From: a virus
Taxonomy: Duplodnaviria; Caudoviricetes
Length of the DNA: 29,868 nucleotides
Direction: 5' to 3' (one strand)
IMG/VR virus record: IMGVR_UViG_3300020045_000749
Span: 1-29,868 of that record
Below are positions 24,665 to 29,868 of the stretch, in pieces. The notes beneath the pieces were generated by a model that saw only the letters and a program-made list of their open reading frames with translations, was not told the DNA's origin and searched no databases. Made by a program: the position numbers and the translations under genes. The first letter of the stretch is position 1. Each line of letters begins with the position of its first letter.

Positions 24665-26926
24665 ATGCCGAAATACAAGATCACCAGCCCTGACGGCCAG
24701 AACTACGAAATCAACGCTCCAGACGGCGCGACTGACGACGAAGTAATGGCCTATGCGCAGCGCACCTTTAAGATGGCAAAGGCACCTCCTGCGGCGCCGG
24801 TTGAAAAACCTTTCGGCAAGCAGGTTGATGCGCTTATCTCTGATGCGCCTACACAGCTTGGCCTTGGCGCACGCGGGATTATGCAGGGCTTGGGCAACGC
24901 TGCCGAGTTCGTCACGTCGCCCATCCGCAAGGGTATCAACTCGTTTATCAGCGACTCGCAGGATAGAGTTAATCGCTACAGAGCGCCAGCCGAGCGTGAG
25001 CAGGCATTCCAACTTGGCCCAATTAACGGCCAAGCGATGGCTGATGACTTGGGGCTACCTAAGCCGCGTAACGCTGGCGAACGCATCGCAGGAGACGCTG
25101 TAGGAGCATTGGCGGGTGGATTGGTCCCTATCGGGATCGGCAATACGCTGGCGCGTGTCGGCACTGGCGCAGCACAAGGCGTAGGCCGTGCGCTTGCCTC
25201 GCAGCCTGTATCACAGTTGGTATCAGCCGGTGCTGGCGGTGCGGCTGGTAGCTACACGCGCGAGACTGGCGGCAGCGAGGGCGCGCAACTAGCCGCTTCG
25301 ATGGCTGCTGGCATTGGTGCGCCTCTGGCCATGGGGACAATCAAGAGGGCCGGTGGCGCTATCTCCAACCGCCTGACGCGCGCCCAACCTCCTACCCCTG
25401 AGCAGCAATTGCAGGTTGATGTGACGATCAACAACGCATTGAACGGCGAAGGTGGCCCCGGGATTACCCTTGGCGATCTGCCGGGCGAGGTCGCCGCTAG
25501 TTTGCGCAAAGATGTGGCCGATGCACTCAAGATTAGCGATAATCTGTCGCCCGATGCAGTGCGCCGACTGGCTGACTATCGCTTGACTGGCACCGCTCCG
25601 AGCAAAGCAGGCTTGACGCTTGACGTTGCCGACATCACGCGGCAACGCAATCTTGCCAAGCAGGGCATCAACAGCAACGACCCAGCCGCGCAGGCTTTGG
25701 CACAGACGCAAAACAGCAATAACATGCAGTTGACGAACAAGCTTAATGAGTTTGGTGCTGCTACACCAGATGACCAGATCGGCGGGGCGCAGCGAGTTAT
25801 CAAGGCGCTCGGCGCGCGTGATGACGCCATGCGTGCACGTATTGGTCAGCGCTATGATGCCGCACGTACCACTGGCGGTCAGTCTGCCGAGCTTGACCCT
25901 AACGAGTTTGTGGCTCGGGCCAATGCTGCGCTGGATCAAAACCTTGTCGGCGCCAAGCTGCCTGCTGATGTGCGCAATATCCTAAACAAGCCGTGGAATG
26001 AAGTTGTGGCGCCTCAAGGTGGTCATGCACCGGCGCCACAGAAGCTCACGGTATCCGACGCCGAGCAGCTTAAAACACGCATTGCGCAGCTTCAACGCGC
26101 CAGCACGGACCCGCAAGAGCGCATGGCCCTTGGCCTTGTTCGTGGCGCGCTTGATGATACGCCTTTGCTACCAGGCCAAGAAATCGGGCGAGAATCAATC
26201 GATGCATTCAACACTGCGCGCACCGCCAACCGTCGCTATATGAAGATCGTAGAGGCAACGCCAGCATTGCAAGCCATTCGTGATGGCGTGGAGCCTGACA
26301 AGTTCGTGAATGACTTCATCATCGGCAAGGGTAACAACGCTAATGTGATGGCGGTTGCCCGACTGAAGAATGCTGTACGCGATAGCCCCGATGCACAATC
26401 TGCTATCCGCGAGCAGATCACCGCTTATCTGAAGAAACAGGCTAAGGCCGGCCAGCCTGACGAAATCGCCAATTTCAGCCAATCCGGCTATAAGACGGCA
26501 ATCCAAAACATCGGGGACCGGAAGCTTAATCTGTTCTTCACCAAAGATCAGGTTGCGCAACTAAAAGCCCTTGGCCGCGTAGCGACATATGAGCAAATTC
26601 AGCCGATGGGAACCGCCGTTAATAATTCCAATACCGCATCGACTATTGGAGGCATGATTGACAGAATCGCAGGCAGTTCGTTGCTTGGTAAAATACCGCT
26701 TGGCAAACAGGTTGTTGGTGAGCCATTGCAGAACATTATGCTAAGTGTTCAGGCTAAAAATGTACTTAATGCGCCAAAATCTCTGGTTGCCGGCCCTGGA
26801 AGTGGCTCACCGCCTCCGATTTCTGGCACAATGCCGTATGGAATTTCTCCATCAATATTTATGCTACAGCAAGACCAGCTTACGCCTCAAGAACGTGAGC
26901 GCCAACGTCAATTGCTGGGGCAATAA
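24665..26926 (+). CDS. DNA ejection protein 3 (large)
   Basis: MPKYKITSPDGQNYEINAPDGATDDEV N-terminus, Ala/Gly-rich hydrophobic segments and helical body; last gene of the virion module. Confidence 0.7.
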   Translation: MPKYKITSPDGQNYEINAPDGATDDEVMAYAQRTFKMAKAPPAAPVEKPFGKQVDALISDAPTQLGLGARGIMQGLGNAAEFVTSPIRKGINSFISDSQDRVNRYRAPAEREQAFQLGPINGQAMADDLGLPKPRNAGERIAGDAVGALAGGLVPIGIGNTLARVGTGAAQGVGRALASQPVSQLVSAGAGGAAGSYTRETGGSEGAQLAASMAAGIGAPLAMGTIKRAGGAISNRLTRAQPPTPEQQLQVDVTINNALNGEGGPGITLGDLPGEVAASLRKDVADALKISDNLSPDAVRRLADYRLTGTAPSKAGLTLDVADITRQRNLAKQGINSNDPAAQALAQTQNSNNMQLTNKLNEFGAATPDDQIGGAQRVIKALGARDDAMRARIGQRYDAARTTGGQSAELDPNEFVARANAALDQNLVGAKLPADVRNILNKPWNEVVAPQGGHAPAPQKLTVSDAEQLKTRIAQLQRASTDPQERMALGLVRGALDDTPLLPGQEIGRESIDAFNTARTANRRYMKIVEATPALQAIRDGVEPDKFVNDFIIGKGNNANVMAVARLKNAVRDSPDAQSAIREQITAYLKKQAKAGQPDEIANFSQSGYKTAIQNIGDRKLNLFFTKDQVAQLKALGRVATYEQIQPMGTAVNNSNTASTIGGMIDRIAGSSLLGKIPLGKQVVGEPLQNIMLSVQAKNVLNAPKSLVAGPGSGSPPPISGTMPYGISPSIFMLQQDQLTPQERERQRQLLGQ

Positions 26927-26945
26927 TCAACTAAAAGGAATCACC

Positions 26946-27032
26946 ATGTTCGCAAACAAAGCAACCGGCGCAGGCGGCGGAAAACAACGCCCTCCAACGA
27001 AGCCGACTGACACGAAGCCGAATAAGAAATGA
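26946..27032 (+). CDS. 28-aa basic peptide (MFANKATGAGGGKQRPPTKPTDTKPNKK)
   Basis: AAAGGA RBS before ATG 26946; ATGA coupling to the next gene. Confidence 0.6.
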   Translation: MFANKATGAGGGKQRPPTKPTDTKPNKK

Positions 27033-27451
27033 CTGGCTGGCGCTCGCGCTTCGCTGCTGGGGTAGTTATCTTGGCTGCGATGCGGATTCATGCAATGGCA
27101 ACAGCCGACGTAGAGAATACGTCGGCTGGCATGCTGCTATTCCATGGCAGCGCCGCCCTCGCTGACCTGCTGTTGATTTACGCCATTCCAGCTATCGTAG
27201 TTGGTCGGCTCTGCGACGATATGCAGACCCTATGCCTTGTCTCTATTATCGTCAATTTCTTAGGCTGGATTGCCTACATGGCCTATGCCCCGCCAAGCAT
27301 CTTTAACGCGATGTCATGGGGGCTATGCTATGTGCAGTTGGCGAGACTATTCATTCCGGGCGGTAGCGATGCTGATCGTATCGGGCATTATCTGGTTTGG
27401 CGTCCTGATTTCATGGGGCCGCGTCATTATTTTAAAGAGGCGAATCAATGA
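27029..27451 (+). CDS. Membrane protein with about 4 TM segments
   Basis: Four hydrophobic stretches in 140 aa. Confidence 0.7.
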   Translation: MTGWRSRFAAGVVILAAMRIHAMATADVENTSAGMLLFHGSAALADLLLIYAIPAIVVGRLCDDMQTLCLVSIIVNFLGWIAYMAYAPPSIFNAMSWGLCYVQLARLFIPGGSDADRIGHYLVWRPDFMGPRHYFKEANQ

Positions 27452-27696
27452 GCGATCACGAAAACGTCGCCAATGCGCTAGAGGCCGTGGCGAGTAACCC
27501 AAAGGTGGCGACTATCATTTCTGCTGTTACTGGCGTAATGGGAACAGTCTCAGTAATGAGTTCCATACAAACAGTTCTCGGCGTTATCTCCATGACGATT
27601 AGTTGCGGTGTTGGCTTGTACGTCTTCAGATGCCATCGCATCAAAGAGAAGATTTATCAGCGCATGTGGGAAAACGGCGAGAGCCTGAAAGAGTGA
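27448..27696 (+). CDS. Putative holin
   Basis: GAGG RBS; 82 aa with 1-2 TM segments and a basic/charged C-terminus; directly before the endolysin candidate. Confidence 0.6.
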   Translation: MSDHENVANALEAVASNPKVATIISAVTGVMGTVSVMSSIQTVLGVISMTISCGVGLYVFRCHRIKEKIYQRMWENGESLKE

Positions 27697-27697
27697 C

Positions 27698-28192
27698 ATG
27701 ACACCTAACCGCCTGTATCAAACTGCCATCCGCCCCGCGCTTGAAGAGCTAGCGTTACTGGGCATTCCGAACACTCCACAAGCTGCGCGCTTCCTTCTTT
27801 CCATCGCCATCCAAGAGTCCGGCTTACGACATCGTCGCCAAGTGAGCGCAGACGGCACAGAGAACGGGCCGGCTGCATCGTTCTGGCAATTTGAGAAGTG
27901 CGGCGGCTGCAAGGGCGTTCTGTCGCATCGTGCAGCTGGCCCCATCATGCTGCGCATCTGTGAAGGCTTCAACGTCACGCCAGAAGCTCAAATCCTGTGG
28001 GAAGCAATGCGCTATCAAGACGTGGTAGCTGCTGCCGCTGCTCGCCTGCTGGTCTACACGCTGCCTAGTGGCCTCCCGCAGACATCTGAACAGGGTTGGA
28101 ACCAATACCTGTCCGCATGGCGTCCTGGCAAGGCCAAGCCCGATACGTGGGCTGCAAACTGGGCGTTAGCGTCCGCAACAATTGGAGTCTGA
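27698..28192 (+). CDS. Putative endolysin (lysozyme-like fold)
   Basis: IRPAL...LLSIAIQES (candidate catalytic Glu)...GPAASFWQFE...WRPGK; flanked by holin-like genes. Confidence 0.65.
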   Translation: MTPNRLYQTAIRPALEELALLGIPNTPQAARFLLSIAIQESGLRHRRQVSADGTENGPAASFWQFEKCGGCKGVLSHRAAGPIMLRICEGFNVTPEAQILWEAMRYQDVVAAAAARLLVYTLPSGLPQTSEQGWNQYLSAWRPGKAKPDTWAANWALASATIGV

Positions 28193-28193
28193 C

Positions 28194-28715
28194 ATGGACC
28201 CTATTACCATTGCAATCGGCCTAGCCAAGTTTGCGCCTTCGCTGATTCAGTATTTTACAGGCTCAGAAAAGGCCGCAACTGTCGCGCAGCAAGTCGTTAA
28301 CATTGCGCAGACCGTTACCGGCGAAGTTTCGCCAGATGCTGCGCTTGCCGCGATCCAAGCGGACCCGCAGAAGGCCATGGAGTTCCAGCTTGCCGTACAG
28401 GCTGCTGACAACGATCTGACCCGAGCATACCTCGCTGACGTGCAAAGCGCTCGCGTGCGCGATGTGGAGCTTGCCAGGCTGGGCAAGCGCAACGTTCGTG
28501 CCGATATCATGGTTGCGCTCGATGTGATAGGGCTGCTAGCTTGCCTTATCGTTCTGTGCTTCTTCCGCGAGAAGATTCCCGGCGAGGCCATTGGGTTGAT
28601 ATCGACCATCGCGGCCACCTTTGGGTTGTGCTTGCGTGACGCTCACCAGTTCGAATTTGGCTCCTCCCGAAGCTCACAGGTCAAGGATGCAACGATCAAT
28701 AGTCTGACGAAATAA
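28194..28715 (+). CDS. Holin-like membrane protein (3-TM / GTA-holin-like)
   Basis: GGAG RBS; MDPITIAIGLAKFAP...DVQSAR.RD, two TM segments, FEFGSSRSSQ.KD. Confidence 0.65.
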   Translation: MDPITIAIGLAKFAPSLIQYFTGSEKAATVAQQVVNIAQTVTGEVSPDAALAAIQADPQKAMEFQLAVQAADNDLTRAYLADVQSARVRDVELARLGKRNVRADIMVALDVIGLLACLIVLCFFREKIPGEAIGLISTIAATFGLCLRDAHQFEFGSSRSSQVKDATINSLTK

Positions 28716-28738
28716 AAAAGCCCGCAAAAAGCGAGCTT
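28714..28738 (-). terminator. Intrinsic terminator between the convergent transcription units
   Basis: Minus strand AAGCTCGC-ttttt-GCGGGCTT (one G-U pair) running into a T tract. Confidence 0.7.
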
Positions 28739-28756
28739 CTCTTTGGTGGTAATGAA

Positions 28757-29125
28757 TTACCAATCTCCACTACTTGACGATGATCCGCTGTCGGAGCTAC
28801 TAGCCGATCCATAATCAGTTGAGCTTGAGCTGCTTGAGCAGTTGCTACTTTGGTCATAGCTGCTTGAATGCGAATTGCTATGCGACGGTGACGACGATGG
28901 CTCGCAATCGTATGTTCGCGAAGGCGTATGGCTTGGGTAAAAAGCTGCCTGTTGGAAAGGACTTAGTGGGCTGGCGAGGTTCATTGGGTTCAAAAGGTCG
29001 TTATCCCACCGGGTTTTTCTCGCTGATTCAGACGCTTGATATTCCTCCTCGCGCTTTGCCTGCTTGCGTTTTTTCTCGGCTTCCTCTTTCTCTTTGCGTT
29101 TGCGCACAAAATCAAACATGAACAT
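28757..29125 (-). CDS. Hypothetical protein with a Ser-rich C-terminus
   Basis: AAAGGGA RBS before ATG 29125; basic N-terminus; tail ...SSSDSGSSSSSGDW. Confidence 0.7.
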   Translation of the reverse strand: MFMFDFVRKRKEKEEAEKKRKQAKREEEYQASESARKTRWDNDLLNPMNLASPLSPFQQAAFYPSHTPSRTYDCEPSSSPSHSNSHSSSYDQSSNCSSSSSSTDYGSASSSDSGSSSSSGDW

Positions 29126-29171
29126 GATTATCCCTTTCAGTTGCGCCACTCAACCGGAGCGGCTACGGATA

Positions 29172-29369
29172 CTATTCTTCCCTAGGCGTCTTCCGCCTAT
29201 CCGCCACGCGCCTATCAGGCAATCCGCTAGCCTGGTAGGGTAGGTCAAGCTTGCGCCTGTCGCGGCTCTCCTGCCTAGCTGCCATGCGTGCGTCGATGGT
29301 AGCCATGAGCGTGTCGATGTAGTTGCGCTGCTCTTGCGTGGCTGATTCGTAGGCTTCTAGCGAGTTCAT
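29172..29369 (-). CDS. Small hypothetical protein with DRR repeats
   Basis: GGAGG RBS before ATG 29369; ATGA overlap with the upstream gene. Confidence 0.65.
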   Translation of the reverse strand: MNSLEAYESATQEQRNYIDTLMATIDARMAARQESRDRRKLDLPYQASGLPDRRVADRRKTPREE

Positions 29370-29797
29370 TTTGCCTCCACTCCAACAGCAGCAAGGGCGG
29401 CGCATCCAGTTTGGTATGCATCGCTGCTTTCGAGGTTAACCCATAAAAGCATATTGGTGCATTGTTCCAGCGCCTCCACCAACTGCGCATTGACCCCGCT
29501 GCGGGCTTCAATCGTGCGAGCAAGTGGGATCACCTCATCAGGGAATATCACATAGCACCGTTCGCCATCCTTGTGATGTGCAAACAGACCGATAATCTCC
29601 GCATCGCTCATCGGCTCTTTAGGCGGCTGGGAAACCGCTTTAAGATCAATCAGCGTGCGCGTTACCTCGTACACTTCGATAGGCCCATCCTGCTTGTATT
29701 GGGCCGCATAGTGTTTGATTTCGTTGAGTGCGTTGCTTCCCATAGTACCAGCTACGCACATATCATCCTGCCATACTTCAAATTCTCGGTCGTTCAT
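29366..29797 (-). CDS. Hypothetical phage protein
   Basis: GGGAG RBS; 143-aa ORF. Confidence 0.7.
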   Translation of the reverse strand: MNDREFEVWQDDMCVAGTMGSNALNEIKHYAAQYKQDGPIEVYEVTRTLIDLKAVSQPPKEPMSDAEIIGLFAHHKDGERCYVIFPDEVIPLARTIEARSGVNAQLVEALEQCTNMLLWVNLESSDAYQTGCAALAAVGVEAK

Positions 29798-29809
29798 TCC
29801 GCTCCCCCT

Positions 29810-29866
29810 TTAAGTACGTGCGCGGATAGCTGCGGCGGCGCCCATCAGCACAGCCATGTTCATTGC
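29810..29866 (-). CDS. Partial CDS (C-terminus ...AMNMAVLMGAAAAIRART), truncated by the window edge
   Basis: Open frame ending in TAA just before the RBS of the next gene. Confidence 0.4.
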   Translation of the reverse strand, partial: AMNMAVLMGAAAAIRART

Positions 29867-29868
29867 AT

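Noticed and set aside
1-29868. CRISPR array, integrase/att site, IS element, reverse transcriptase (retron or DGR), rRNA
   Set aside because: No regularly spaced repeats and no matching protein motifs seen; temperate versus lytic lifestyle cannot be decided from this window

Overview
About 30 kb of a tailed dsDNA (pro)phage with podovirus-type architecture. A proteobacterial, possibly betaproteobacterial, host is inferred but not proven. On the + strand, in order: replication module (initiator with iteron-like repeats, DnaB helicase); small accessory ORFs, including a separately promoted papain-like cysteine protease fused to DUF4214/S-layer-anchor-like repeats; a ~1.45 kb stretch with no credible ORF (6500-7942); terminase small and large subunits, portal, scaffold and major capsid protein; an Ig/SGNH virion protein; head-tail adaptor; a split tail-fibre module; nozzle; three DNA-ejection proteins; and a lysis cassette. 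Convergent minus-strand early genes lie at the right end. The most striking feature is the non-coding stretch. It has its own sigma70-like promoter and intrinsic terminator and is packed with structured RNA modules: a type I hammerhead ribozyme, two tRNA-shaped kissing-loop RNAs with a compensatory base change, and several long-stem junction elements. This suggests a self-processing polycistronic ncRNA operon. All calls come from reading the sequence by eye; no searches or folding programs were run.
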